This document shows positions 54,036-63,728 of a stretch of DNA of 64,000 nt, piece after piece (within the stretch, counting starts at the first letter, position 1; every line of letters starts with the position of its first letter). Under the pieces are notes generated by a model that saw only the letters and a program-made list of their open reading frames with translations, had not been told where the DNA came from and did no database searches. The translations under genes and the position numbers were made by a program. The DNA comes from Acidobacteria bacterium UBA2990 (GTDB lineage Bacteria > Acidobacteriota > Vicinamibacteria > Vicinamibacterales > UBA8438). The stretch lies in NCBI GenBank assembly GCA_002347025.1, contig DEAE01000002.1, positions 91,544 through 155,543 of the forward strand, read 5' to 3'.

Positions 54036-55376
54036 TTAGAGGGCCACCGGGCTAAAGAGCTTCTTGACGGTGCCGTTGCTGTCTCCGAACCCATCGAGCT
54101 GGACACCCACGCGATCGAGGAGGGTGAGGTGCAAGTTGGCCAATGGTGTGCCGTCCTGGTAACGGATGTGCTGCCCGCCTTTCATACCAGCCCCAGTGCC
54201 GCCGGCCACCAGAATGGGGAGATTGACATGGTCGTGAAGACTGGAGTTACCCATTCCGCTTCCATACAGATAGACGGAATGGTCAAGTAATGTGCCGTCA
54301 CCTTCTGGTGTCGCTTTTAATTTTTCCAGGAACTCTGCAAAGAGTGAAAGATGGAACGTGTTGATCTTCGCGATCTTCGCGAGTTTTTCTGGGTCGTTGC
54401 CATGGTGGCTTGTTGGGTGGTGTGGGTCTGGGACCCCGATTTCCGGATAGGTGCGGTTGCTGAGCTCACGCGTGAGCTGGAAACTGACGACTCGTGTGAT
54501 GTCACCCTGAAATGCCAAGACCTGCAGATCGAACATCAGTTTGGCATGGTCAGCGAACGAGGCGGGCACTCCGACTGGCCGATCTAGGTCTGGAAAGAGG
54601 TTGTCAGAGGCTGCAGCTTCGGCTCGCTGAATTTGTCGTTCAATCTCTCGAATGCTGTTGAGGTATTGGTCAACGCGGGCCCTATCGCTTACACCTACGG
54701 TTCCTTTGAGACGGGCAATGTCTTCGTTGAAGGAGTCAAGAAGGCTGGCGCGACTTTTGAGTGCCGCCTGACGTTCCTCGGTAGTGCCTCCTTCACCAAA
54801 AAGTCGCTCGAACACAATGCGTGGATGCGCCTCGGAAGGGAGTGGGGTGGTCGGTGATGACCAGGAAAGACAGTTCTGGTAGACACAGGCGTATCCGTTG
54901 TTACACACGCCTGCCAAGGGATTCAAGTCCATTGACAGTTCGAGGGAAGGTAGCTGTGTATCCTGCCCGATCTTCTGTGCTGCAATTTGGTCCGCTGTGG
55001 TGCCTAAAAAGTAATCGGAACTCTCGGTGTGTTTCGCGTATGCAGCGCTCAAAAATCCGGAGTTCGAGGTGTCGTGGGTCCCAGGATATGAATTCTGCAA
55101 CTCGAGGTTCGTCACGACAGTCAGCTGATTCTTGACCTTTTCGAGAGGGCTCAGGATGGGTGTCAGTTTATCGAGGGTCGGACCTTCTGGCGTCCAGCGA
55201 GCCCAGTCGTAACCCATTGGAATGAATACGTAGCCGAGTCGGCGCACAGGTTTCGCCGGGGTGTTGGCGAGGGCCGTAGCCGCCGGGATCATGGCGTCGA
55301 GTAGAGGTAGCGCTAGGGTTGCTTGCACACCTTTGAGAAACGTCCGACGGGGCAGAGCCTTCTTGGTGATGATCAT
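54036..55376 (-). CDS. DUF1552-type protein with a Tat-like signal, copy 3
   Basis: MIITKKALPRRTFLKGVQATLALPLLDAM, LPSLELS and GVPDPHHPTSHH. There is a 4-nt overlap with the upstream gene. Confidence 0.7.
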   Translation of the reverse strand: MIITKKALPRRTFLKGVQATLALPLLDAMIPAATALANTPAKPVRRLGYVFIPMGYDWARWTPEGPTLDKLTPILSPLEKVKNQLTVVTNLELQNSYPGTHDTSNSGFLSAAYAKHTESSDYFLGTTADQIAAQKIGQDTQLPSLELSMDLNPLAGVCNNGYACVYQNCLSWSSPTTPLPSEAHPRIVFERLFGEGGTTEERQAALKSRASLLDSFNEDIARLKGTVGVSDRARVDQYLNSIREIERQIQRAEAAASDNLFPDLDRPVGVPASFADHAKLMFDLQVLAFQGDITRVVSFQLTRELSNRTYPEIGVPDPHHPTSHHGNDPEKLAKIAKINTFHLSLFAEFLEKLKATPEGDGTLLDHSVYLYGSGMGNSSLHDHVNLPILVAGGTGAGMKGGQHIRYQDGTPLANLHLTLLDRVGVQLDGFGDSNGTVKKLFSPVAL

Positions 55377-57775
55377 GTCGAATTCCTCATTTGAAACGGC
55401 ACGCTTTTCACTATGCCCAGGATGAGCGACGAGAGCCGATACTCATCGGCTTTGGCGTCGCGCACGATCGCACGGACAGCGGGCGCATCGTAATATTCAA
55501 CGCCTCGGCCCAGTGCGAATGTTAGTAGTTTTTCGGTGACTCGATTTGCAAACAGCTCGGGACGACTCAGTAGTCCAGCTTCAAGGCCATCGACCCCTTC
55601 GAATTCTCCAACCCCTGGCAATCCGCCAGAGGCATCCATAAGGCCGATATCTCCACCGTGGTCACGCCAGCGACCCACCGCATCGAAATTTTCGAGAGCA
55701 AAACCAACCGGATCGATGGTGTTGTGGCAGCTGGCGCACGCAGGGTTGGTGCGGTGTTGACTCAGACGCTCGCGCATCGGCAGGTTGGAGGCGACCGAAG
55801 TTTCCTCCAACACCGGCACATTGGCCGGCGGTGGGGGTGGGGGGGCTCCGTAGATATTATCCAGCACCCATTTGCCGCGGATGACAGGTGAGGTTCGTGT
55901 TGCATAGGAGGTGACGGAGAGGATACTTCCGTGCCGCAGGAGTCCCCCTCGCTTGCTGTCCGGTCCGAGCCCAACTCTCCGGAACCTACTGCCATAGACT
56001 CCGTCAATTCCGTAATGTTTTGCAAGGCGCTCGTTTAAAAACGTATAGTCGGTCTTTAGGAGGTCGAGCACGCTTCGGTTTTCCCGCAAGATGCTGTCAA
56101 AAAAGTGTTCCGTTTCCAACCGAAATGCCTGACGCAGATTGTCATCAAAATCTGGGTAAAGGCGCGGGTTGGGACTGACGGCGTTGAGATTTCGGAGCAG
56201 TAGCCATTGACCGGCGAAATTACTTGCCAAGTTGTTCGATCGTGGGTCAGCCAGCAGTCTCCGAGCCTGTCGTTCAAGTTCCCCTGGTTCGCTTAACTCA
56301 CCGTCGATGGCTGCATCCAAGAGTTCGTCATCTGGGATGCTGCTCCATAGGAAGAATGACAGGCGCGAGGCAAGTTCTAGGTCAGTGACTGCGTAGGCCT
56401 CTCCAGCGGTTCGGTCGGCTGCGTCGAGCTCCACCCGAAACAGAAATGCTGGATTGATAAGTATTGCGCTGAGGGCTCGTCCGATACCTGTATCGAAATT
56501 CCCAGAAGCCCTGCCGGCTCGATAGAATTCCATCGGACCGTCAATATCACTACTTGTGATGGGTCGCCGGTAGGCCCGTTTCATCAACGAAGCGACAATG
56601 TCGCGCGCACATCCTTCTTCCTCACTCAGTTCCGTCGGTTGACATACGAAGAGACGATTGCGACTAGGAGTGTCGTCTGCTCCTCGTGGGTCATAGGGTC
56701 CCGTGATGGATACTTGGTAGATCGCTGGCGTCAAACGAGGGTGCCGTGTCTCGTTGAAGTGTGACTGAAGGGGTTGCCGTTCGGTTTCGACTAACGATGA
56801 ACCGTTCTTGAGGAAGGTAATGCCAACATCGTGGGGTCCGGCCGTCACCGGGATACGAATTGTTAAATGACTGTCGACCTGCGAGTCGTCCCCTCTCTCG
56901 GGTTTTTCGACGGTAAAGGTTGCCACTGACCGTCGATCGAGGAGCAACTGCAGGGTGTGTAGGCCTGGATTCCTCATGCCTCCAATGTTGCCGGATCGGT
57001 TTCGCGCTAGGCGGATTCGAATTTCGTATTCTCCATCCTGCGCGAAGGTATAAGGGATCAAGACCCCGCCACGGGTTCCCAGCGGAAGACCAGGGACATG
57101 TTCTTCCTGGGTGGTGTCGGCGGGGACGCGAATTACATCGGCTTGAAGAGAGGTTTGTGTGGTGCCCAAGGCGAGGCGGCTGATCTTTTGGGCTGCGGAA
57201 ATATAGCGGTCCAACAGTGCGGGCGGAAGGTCACCCACCGTCACATTATCGAATCCGTAGCCGCTTTCGTCAGGAGGAAGCAGGATTGTTGCATCGATGT
57301 TGAGCGCCAACAGGTCTCGAATGGAATTCTGGTATTCGGTGCGATTGAGGCGGCGCAACGTTTCGGTGCGCCCTGGATTGGTGTTTACGGAGGCTCCTTT
57401 GTCAAGGGACGACTCAAGCCAGGATGCGAAGGCATCTCGGGTGTCCGATGTTGGTTGCGGCCTATTCGGAGGAGGCATGGTGCCGGTGCGAAGCTTTCTT
57501 ACCACTTTCTCCCAAGTTTCCGCATGCTCGGTGATTTCGGTAAGGTCCAGTGAACTCAGGTCTAAACCAGCCGTTTCCAGATTGGAATTATGGCAAGTCA
57601 CGCAGTAGCGGTTCAGCAATTGGCGACTATTTGTAGCTGAAGGATCAGCCGCTGTGTCCTGAGCGTTTATCCCTTGGGCTGACGCACCGGTGGTGAGAAA
57701 CAGGAGGACGGTCAGTGCCAGCCCGGTGTACCCAGCAGCCAAGCTGGGACTCCTCGTGAACCCCTTGAATTTCAT
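55373..57775 (-). CDS. DUF1592-type protein with two CxxCH motifs, copy 3
   Basis: ATG at 57775 (MKFKGFTRSPSLAAGYTGLALTVLLFL). Motifs are YCVTCHNSNLETAGLDLS...LRTGTMPP, LASRLSFFLWSS, GAPPPPPPANVPVLEE and HRTNPACASCHNTIDPVGFALENFDAVGRWR. Confidence 0.75.
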   Translation of the reverse strand: MKFKGFTRSPSLAAGYTGLALTVLLFLTTGASAQGINAQDTAADPSATNSRQLLNRYCVTCHNSNLETAGLDLSSLDLTEITEHAETWEKVVRKLRTGTMPPPNRPQPTSDTRDAFASWLESSLDKGASVNTNPGRTETLRRLNRTEYQNSIRDLLALNIDATILLPPDESGYGFDNVTVGDLPPALLDRYISAAQKISRLALGTTQTSLQADVIRVPADTTQEEHVPGLPLGTRGGVLIPYTFAQDGEYEIRIRLARNRSGNIGGMRNPGLHTLQLLLDRRSVATFTVEKPERGDDSQVDSHLTIRIPVTAGPHDVGITFLKNGSSLVETERQPLQSHFNETRHPRLTPAIYQVSITGPYDPRGADDTPSRNRLFVCQPTELSEEEGCARDIVASLMKRAYRRPITSSDIDGPMEFYRAGRASGNFDTGIGRALSAILINPAFLFRVELDAADRTAGEAYAVTDLELASRLSFFLWSSIPDDELLDAAIDGELSEPGELERQARRLLADPRSNNLASNFAGQWLLLRNLNAVSPNPRLYPDFDDNLRQAFRLETEHFFDSILRENRSVLDLLKTDYTFLNERLAKHYGIDGVYGSRFRRVGLGPDSKRGGLLRHGSILSVTSYATRTSPVIRGKWVLDNIYGAPPPPPPANVPVLEETSVASNLPMRERLSQHRTNPACASCHNTIDPVGFALENFDAVGRWRDHGGDIGLMDASGGLPGVGEFEGVDGLEAGLLSRPELFANRVTEKLLTFALGRGVEYYDAPAVRAIVRDAKADEYRLSSLILGIVKSVPFQMRNST

Positions 57776-58151
57776 GGCCTCATTGTAGGTCTGAGCACCG
57801 CGAAACTCAAGCCTCAACTTGGAGTTGAAAGCTTCCGCAAAGCACCTTTGGGCTTGGTTTGATGGGTCGTCGGGTCAACTGGGTTGTCTTCTGGTGGGAA
57901 GAAGGTCAGCCCCTCTACGGAACTGAGTTGCTCCAACTTTGGTAGCGCTTTTGAACGGCTTCCACGTAGAATGCGGTGTCAGGCCGTGGTAATTGGATGT
58001 TTATTGGCTAGGGAAATCTCGTCGCGTGACCGGAGGCTGGGTCATTGCGGCCCTCTGACAACAGGGTCGGGCTGTCATCGAGCCGCCGGACACAGAAAAT
58101 TTCTGATGGGAAGCTTGTGTTTGTATAAGTGTCCATATTCTCCCCGGATAA

Positions 58152-58176
58152 CCATTGTTTAAACTTTAAACGATGG
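58152..58176. promoter_or_regulatory. 25-bp near-perfect palindrome just upstream of fbiC (candidate operator)
   Basis: CCATTGTTTAAA-C-TTTAAACGATGG, with 11 of 12 arm positions complementary. It ends 27 nt before the ATG at 58204. Confidence 0.35.
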
Positions 58177-58203
58177 GCAGTTTATTAAACCAGAGTTGTG
58201 TTT

Positions 58204-60645
58204 ATGACAGAGCAGGAGTACCGGTGGCCGTCTCGAGACGAAGCTCTGAGTCTGGTGCATGAGCCCAATTTGTCAGAACTCATGGCACGGGCCGCCTCTC
58301 TGCGCGATGCTGGTTTTGGAAATGTAGTCACTTACTCTCGAAAAGTCTTCATTCCGCTGACTCAGCTATGTCGTGACGTTTGCCGGTATTGCACGTTTGC
58401 TCAACCACCGCGGATGGGCGAACGGGTCTATCTTACGATTGACGAGATGATCAATGTAGCTCGCCAAGGGGCTGAGGCAGGGTGCCGTGAGGCTCTCTTT
58501 ACTCTTGGTGACAAGCCGGAATTGCGGTATCCGCAGGCTCGCGCCGAACTTGCCGAGCTCGGCTATGCAACTACGATCGAGTATCTACTTGCCGCCACGC
58601 GGGCAGTGTTTGATGCGACCGGCTTGTTGCCTCACGCGAATCCAGGCGTTACCTCGTATCGTGAACTAGTCGCGCTTAGGGAAACCTGTCCTTCTCAAGG
58701 CATGATGTTGGAGAGTGTCTCAGAACGCTTACTTGAGGCGGGCGAAGCTCATTTCGGGTCGCCTGACAAGGACCCACAAGCCAGATTGGCGACGCTGAAA
58801 ACTGCAGGAGAATTGTCCATTCCTTACACTTCCGGCATCCTAATTGGCATAGGGGAGACACGGGAAGAGCGGATTGAAGCCATTCTTGCCTTGCGTGACC
58901 TGCATGCAAGACATCACCACATCCAGGAAGTAATCATCCAGAATTTCAGAGCCAAAGAAGGTACTGCCATGGCTACATGGGCTGAGCCTGACTTGGCGGA
59001 TTTGTTGTGGACCATTGCGAGCGCTCGACTAATTCTGGGCCCTCGGATGCCGATTCAAGCACCACCAAACTTAAGTCCTGGTACGTTTGGTGCTTTAATC
59101 CGGGCTGGAATCAACGACTGGGGCGGCGTGTCTCCCGTTACCCCTGACCACGTTAACCCCGAAGCCCCCTGGCCGCACCTCGATGTGCTTGCAAGTCGAA
59201 CTGCAGACGAGGGTAAGGTTCTGAGTGAGCGCCTCACGGTTTACCCAACTTATGTTCGAGCGTTGGATGATTGGGTCGCTGCCTCGATGAAGCCGGCAAT
59301 TTTGCAGGCTTCTGATGCTGATGGCTTGGCTCGAGTAGACCCGTGGTCGCCTGGGGATGGCGACGCATTCTTACCTCGGGAGGTGCTTGAATATACTCAC
59401 CACTCGGCTACGTTGGTCCCTTCGCGGAGGATTGAGACTCTGTGCGAGGCAGCAGGTCGCGGGGTGGCGCTGACGGAGTCTGAAATTGCTCATCTCTTCA
59501 GCGCTAGGGGTGATGATCTTGCGTTTGTGCTTCGGGCAGCCGATCGACTCCGTCTGGAGGTCAACGGGGACGAGGTAACTTACGTCGTCAACCGAAACAT
59601 CAATTACACCAATGTCTGTTACTTCCGGTGTCAATTTTGCGCCTTTTCAAAAGGCAAACTTAGCGAGAGCCTTCGTGGAGTTCCTTATCTCTTAGACTTG
59701 GAGGAGATCGGCCGTCGTACTACCGAAGCGTGGGCTCGTGGTGCGTCCGAGGTGTGCATGCAGGGAGGGATACATCCGGAATATACCGGTGCCACCTATC
59801 TGGATATCTGCCGGACGGTCAAGGCAGCCGTACCTGGTATCCATGTTCATGCTTTTTCGCCCTTGGAAGTCTGGCAGGGGGCTGAAACGCTTGGGGTGTC
59901 CTTACGAGACTTCTTGCTACAGCTGAAGGAGGCAGGATTGGGAACTCTTCCCGGTACTGCCGCGGAAATCTTGGATGATGAGATTAGGCAAGATCTGTGT
60001 CCCGATAAGCTGTCGACGGAGCAATGGTTGGAGGTGATGGAGACTGCTCACGGAGTGGGCTTCAAGACTACCGCCACGATCATGTACGGGCATATCGATG
60101 GGCCCAAGAATTGGGGGCGCCATCTACGGCGGGTTCGAGATTTGCAAGAGAAGACAGGTGGGTTCACCGAGTTTGTGCCGTTGCCGTTCGTGCATCGGGA
60201 AGCACCGTTGTATTTGAAGGGACGAGCCCGGAAGGGGCCGACATTTCGAGAGGCGCTTTTGATGCATGCAGTAGCAAGACTAGCGCTTCACCCGGTGATA
60301 TCGAATATCCAGGCGTCTTGGGTCAAAATGGGACCTAGGGGAATCGTGGAATGTCTAAAAGCTGGAGTGAACGATATTGGTGGAACGCTGATGAATGAGA
60401 GCATCACGAGGGCGGCAGGAGCATCCTTTGGCGAGGAACTTCCGCCCGAAGAGATGGAGGCTGTTATCCGAACGGCCAGTCGTCGTCCCCGACAACGATC
60501 AACTGCCTACGGTAGACCGCCAGGAGAGCAGGTGGCTCGCTCTTTTCGAGCAGCAGCCTTACAGCCGACGGTCCGCACACCTGCGTCACGCTGGTCGAGG
60601 TCTGTTCCAGCAGGGAGCCTAGTGCGGCCTGGTCTTGATGCCTGA
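58204..60645 (+). CDS. fbiC: Bifunctional FO synthase (fused CofG and CofH) for coenzyme F420 biosynthesis
   Basis: Two radical-SAM halves each carry CxxxCxxC: CRDVCRYCTF and CYFRCQFCAF. The ~810-aa length and overall collinearity fit FbiC. A GTG at 58198 is an alternative start. Confidence 0.85.
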   Translation: MTEQEYRWPSRDEALSLVHEPNLSELMARAASLRDAGFGNVVTYSRKVFIPLTQLCRDVCRYCTFAQPPRMGERVYLTIDEMINVARQGAEAGCREALFTLGDKPELRYPQARAELAELGYATTIEYLLAATRAVFDATGLLPHANPGVTSYRELVALRETCPSQGMMLESVSERLLEAGEAHFGSPDKDPQARLATLKTAGELSIPYTSGILIGIGETREERIEAILALRDLHARHHHIQEVIIQNFRAKEGTAMATWAEPDLADLLWTIASARLILGPRMPIQAPPNLSPGTFGALIRAGINDWGGVSPVTPDHVNPEAPWPHLDVLASRTADEGKVLSERLTVYPTYVRALDDWVAASMKPAILQASDADGLARVDPWSPGDGDAFLPREVLEYTHHSATLVPSRRIETLCEAAGRGVALTESEIAHLFSARGDDLAFVLRAADRLRLEVNGDEVTYVVNRNINYTNVCYFRCQFCAFSKGKLSESLRGVPYLLDLEEIGRRTTEAWARGASEVCMQGGIHPEYTGATYLDICRTVKAAVPGIHVHAFSPLEVWQGAETLGVSLRDFLLQLKEAGLGTLPGTAAEILDDEIRQDLCPDKLSTEQWLEVMETAHGVGFKTTATIMYGHIDGPKNWGRHLRRVRDLQEKTGGFTEFVPLPFVHREAPLYLKGRARKGPTFREALLMHAVARLALHPVISNIQASWVKMGPRGIVECLKAGVNDIGGTLMNESITRAAGASFGEELPPEEMEAVIRTASRRPRQRSTAYGRPPGEQVARSFRAAALQPTVRTPASRWSRSVPAGSLVRPGLDA

Positions 60646-60722
60646 AGGGGAATATTGGAATTGCTCCGACAGACTGTCGCGTGGTCCATGGGGGCTACGC
60701 TGGACCAAAAGGGGAAGGACAC

Positions 60723-61265
60723 ATGACTGGAGAAAAGCTCAGATCATTTACACAACAGAACCGATCTCTTTTGCAAATTGGTGGGAGTCTTGCTGTAGTG
60801 GGAGCGATTGGTGTGTTCTTGTTGTGGTTTCTGACTTGCCCGTGCGACCGGATGCCCGGAGGTTACTTGTTGGGTGATGTGTCAGACGGCCCAGTTGCTG
60901 ACTGGTCCTTCGCCAATGATGTGACCCTCTGCCAAATTCAAATTAGTGCCGGGGTGTTGCCCCACTCAATCAACCTCAATTGCATGGCGACTCCTGAAGG
61001 AGGGCTATATCTCAGTTGTTCGCAGTGCGAGACCAAGCGTTGGTCTAATGCCGTCTTGGAGAACGGCAGAGCGAGGTTACGCTTAAACGAAACTGTGTAT
61101 CCGGTTACGCTCACCCGGGTCCTGGATAGTCGTGAGCTTGATGGTGCTTGGAGCGCGCGGGTGATCAAGTTGAACACACTGCCAGAACCCGCCAATCCTG
61201 CTCCACCCCCAGGAACACCTCGCCCTGACCATTGGTGGTCGTTCCGGGTAGTGTCTCGGTCGTAG
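60723..61265 (+). CDS. Hypothetical membrane-anchored protein
   Basis: ATG at 60723 after GGGGAAGGA, with one N-terminal TM helix (LLQIGGSLAVVGAIGVFLLWFL). No motif recognised. Confidence 0.4.
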   Translation: MTGEKLRSFTQQNRSLLQIGGSLAVVGAIGVFLLWFLTCPCDRMPGGYLLGDVSDGPVADWSFANDVTLCQIQISAGVLPHSINLNCMATPEGGLYLSCSQCETKRWSNAVLENGRARLRLNETVYPVTLTRVLDSRELDGAWSARVIKLNTLPEPANPAPPPGTPRPDHWWSFRVVSRS

Positions 61266-61270
61266 TGCTG

Positions 61271-61804
61271 TTAGCGAGTGGTGACGGGTGCGGCTGCGCG
61301 GTCCAGTGCAGACACCACGGTGGTTACGGTGAGGATATACGCTACGAGTGTGGCGGCCTCAGACAACAGGCTTCCAATCGGTTCGAAGACTGTCAGGCGG
61401 GATGCTGAAATAAGGCAAAGTGGCGAAAAATAGAAGATCCCGTTCCAGCGTCCTATTCGTGTCATGCGTAGTTGTTTCTGTTGATGTGTGAGATAGGAAT
61501 CAAGCACATACTGGCTGAAGGCCAAAGCGACACACGCGGGTAAGATAGGTGTGACTATCCCGGCTATGGCAGCGCCGGCGAGTCCCGTCGTGACGAAGAT
61601 ACAATCCGTGGCATGATCAAAAAATTGGCCGTTCGGCGATGCGGTGCCGGCGGCTCTCGCTACCTTGCCGTCAAGGTAATCAGTCGCAACGGCCAGACAT
61701 AACAACAGAGCTAGGGCTTCTGGATTTAGGAACTGAGGCCTGGCAAGCCCTACAGCTACAGGGATCGTCAACATCAGTCTGGTTGCGGTAAGTAGGTGTG
61801 CCAT
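61271..61804 (-). CDS. CDP-alcohol phosphatidyltransferase family protein
   Basis: DYLDGKVARAAGTASPNGQFFDHATD matches D-x2-D-G-x2-A-R-x8-G-x3-D-x3-D. Multi-TM. Confidence 0.8.
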   Translation of the reverse strand: MAHLLTATRLMLTIPVAVGLARPQFLNPEALALLLCLAVATDYLDGKVARAAGTASPNGQFFDHATDCIFVTTGLAGAAIAGIVTPILPACVALAFSQYVLDSYLTHQQKQLRMTRIGRWNGIFYFSPLCLISASRLTVFEPIGSLLSEAATLVAYILTVTTVVSALDRAAAPVTTR

Positions 61805-61806
61805 TT

Positions 61807-62829
61807 TCAGCCGAATAGCTCACGTTGAGCGCGCTGCCAGAACACTAACCCGATCAGGGCGTTGAAGAAGATGAAAAAGTTGTGTTGGACAAATCCAAAG
61901 GCTGCCATTTGGCCTTCATTGTCTGGAAAGAGAATGACCCAGAAGGTGATCGCAGCAGCCCGCATTGGAGTAGGAGCGGTAGCGGCAAAGAAAATGACGG
62001 GTAAGTAGCCCAGCAATGATAAAAAGGTCGCTTCAACGCCAAACAGACGTAGCGCGATAGTGTAAACCGCTACGGCAGCGAGTAATGCCGGAGATCGGAG
62101 CAGGAGGAACAAAGCGTAGTGTTTGAGCGTCGCTAAGCGGAATGCGTGAAACAGCCGTTTGTCTCTTATCTGAGCTCTGGGTAATAGGGTGCCTCGGAAA
62201 AAGAGATAGCACAGGGTAAATACTGCTCCAGCCCCTAGTGCGATATAGGGGATGAGAGAAAATGCACTAGGGAGAGTGTCCTGACTGAAAGCGAAGCCGA
62301 CCGTGGCCCAGGTTAAGAGATAGAACACCTCGCAGAACATGATGAACAGCATTACGGAGCCGACTTCCCATCCAGGTACTTGGTCGCGTCGATTCAGGTA
62401 GTAAGCCATTGCACCTTTACCGATTTGTTCGTTAAAGATGGAGATGATGTAGGCGCTAGCGCGGATAGGCAGGATGTCTCGGTAGCGTGTCGTGGTTACG
62501 AACCAATTTAGTGCTCTGGTGACGACCAGCGTATCGATCGCCAGATAGAAACAGGAGTAGGTCATCATCAATGCCAACCAGGCAAGCCACTGGACGTCGG
62601 CAAAGACTTGAGCCATATAGCTAAAAAGGGATAGGCCTTCTCGCATCGCAGCCCCGTTCAAGCGTGAATATAGGTAAACAAAACACCCTGTCGTGATCGC
62701 CAGAAAGAGAGCCCTGCCCCAACGATTCTGGGGATGGCTTGGGAGCGAAGCCTTTCTGTGGGCTGCGTCCTCTTGAGGTGTTTCCGTGGAAGGAGCCGAT
62801 TCAGTAGGATGTCGTGAAGGCTTTGTCAT
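61807..62829 (-). CDS. Polytopic membrane protein, possibly UPF0104 / lysyl-PG-synthase-TM-like (flippase-like)
   Basis: 340 aa and about 8 TM helices. It is tightly packed between the SDR and CDP-alcohol transferase genes. The family call is tentative. Confidence 0.3.
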   Translation of the reverse strand: MTKPSRHPTESAPSTETPQEDAAHRKASLPSHPQNRWGRALFLAITTGCFVYLYSRLNGAAMREGLSLFSYMAQVFADVQWLAWLALMMTYSCFYLAIDTLVVTRALNWFVTTTRYRDILPIRASAYIISIFNEQIGKGAMAYYLNRRDQVPGWEVGSVMLFIMFCEVFYLLTWATVGFAFSQDTLPSAFSLIPYIALGAGAVFTLCYLFFRGTLLPRAQIRDKRLFHAFRLATLKHYALFLLLRSPALLAAVAVYTIALRLFGVEATFLSLLGYLPVIFFAATAPTPMRAAAITFWVILFPDNEGQMAAFGFVQHNFFIFFNALIGLVFWQRAQRELFG

Positions 62830-63728
62830 GATTGTTGGGTCTTGCCATGGATGAGATCGTCGAGTGTCGAGGACAGTGGCGTCAGACTAACGCCGAGGTC
62901 AGCAGCGGCATTCTGGCGAACTACCTCATTGGTAGTGATGACCTCGATGACGGTGGGTGTCATTCCTTGTCTCCTAATGAGATTTTGGAGTGCTGCTCCT
63001 AGCTTTCCTGCCCAGATAGGGATAGAGCCAATTGATATTTTCTGTCCCAGACGATGGCTCACTTCCGCAACCAGGGCGCGGTAGGTTATCGACTGGGGGC
63101 CGGCTAGGTCGTGTAAAGCTACCCCAGGTTGTTGGGCGCGAGCACAGTTGAGGATGGCTTGGCTCAAGTCATCCACATCCAGTGGGTGCATCGAGTAGTG
63201 TCCGCCGCCTAACAATTTGACGGATGGCCGCGATGCTACGTGTAGGAGTGAACGGGCCCCGGCTGTGCCTGGACCGAGCAGGATCGGGGTACGTATGATT
63301 GTTGCGGAAATTCCCGAGTCCTTAACTGCCTGTTCCGCTTGGCCCTTGGACTGAAAATAGCGATTGGATGAGTGAGGATCGGCACCCAGTACGCTGATGA
63401 AAATCAAATGATCGACGCGAGCTTGGCGGCAGGCTTCTACAACGGTCTGTGTCGTGTCAATGTTAGCTCTCTGATAGGTGGATGTGGAACTTTCAAGGAG
63501 AATACCAGCAAGGTGGACTACACACCCGGCGTTGGTCAATAGGCTGCTTAGTCCGGAGGTGTCGTTATAGTTAACTAGGCAGGGGGTGATGTGCGGGGAG
63601 GACGGAAGCCCAGCAAGCGCCTGTTGGGTCCGGACACCGGCGTTGGCATGGATCTCTTGCTGATCGGTTATGTGACGGAGTAGAGACCGCCCGACGCTGC
63701 TATTTGCTCCGGTAATTGCGATATTCAT
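62826..63728 (-). CDS. NAD(P)-binding atypical SDR / epimerase-like protein
   Basis: The N-terminal MNIAITGANSSVGRSLL is a Rossmann GxxGxxG variant. There is a 4-nt overlap with the downstream membrane protein gene. Confidence 0.6.
   Translation of the reverse strand: MNIAITGANSSVGRSLLRHITDQQEIHANAGVRTQQALAGLPSSPHITPCLVNYNDTSGLSSLLTNAGCVVHLAGILLESSTSTYQRANIDTTQTVVEACRQARVDHLIFISVLGADPHSSNRYFQSKGQAEQAVKDSGISATIIRTPILLGPGTAGARSLLHVASRPSVKLLGGGHYSMHPLDVDDLSQAILNCARAQQPGVALHDLAGPQSITYRALVAEVSHRLGQKISIGSIPIWAGKLGAALQNLIRRQGMTPTVIEVITTNEVVRQNAAADLGVSLTPLSSTLDDLIHGKTQQS

Noticed and set aside
57990-58115. Possible FMN (RFN) riboswitch in the fbiC leader. GCCGCCGGACACAGAAAATTTCTGATGGGAAG vaguely resembles the RFN 3' end ...GCCGACAGTGAAAGTCTGGATGGGAGAAG, and an AGGGAAAT...GACCGGAGG stretch resembles the 5' core.
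   Set aside because: The similarity is patchy, and I could not draw the conserved P1-P6 helices by hand. It needs an Infernal scan with Rfam RF00050, and I do not claim it.
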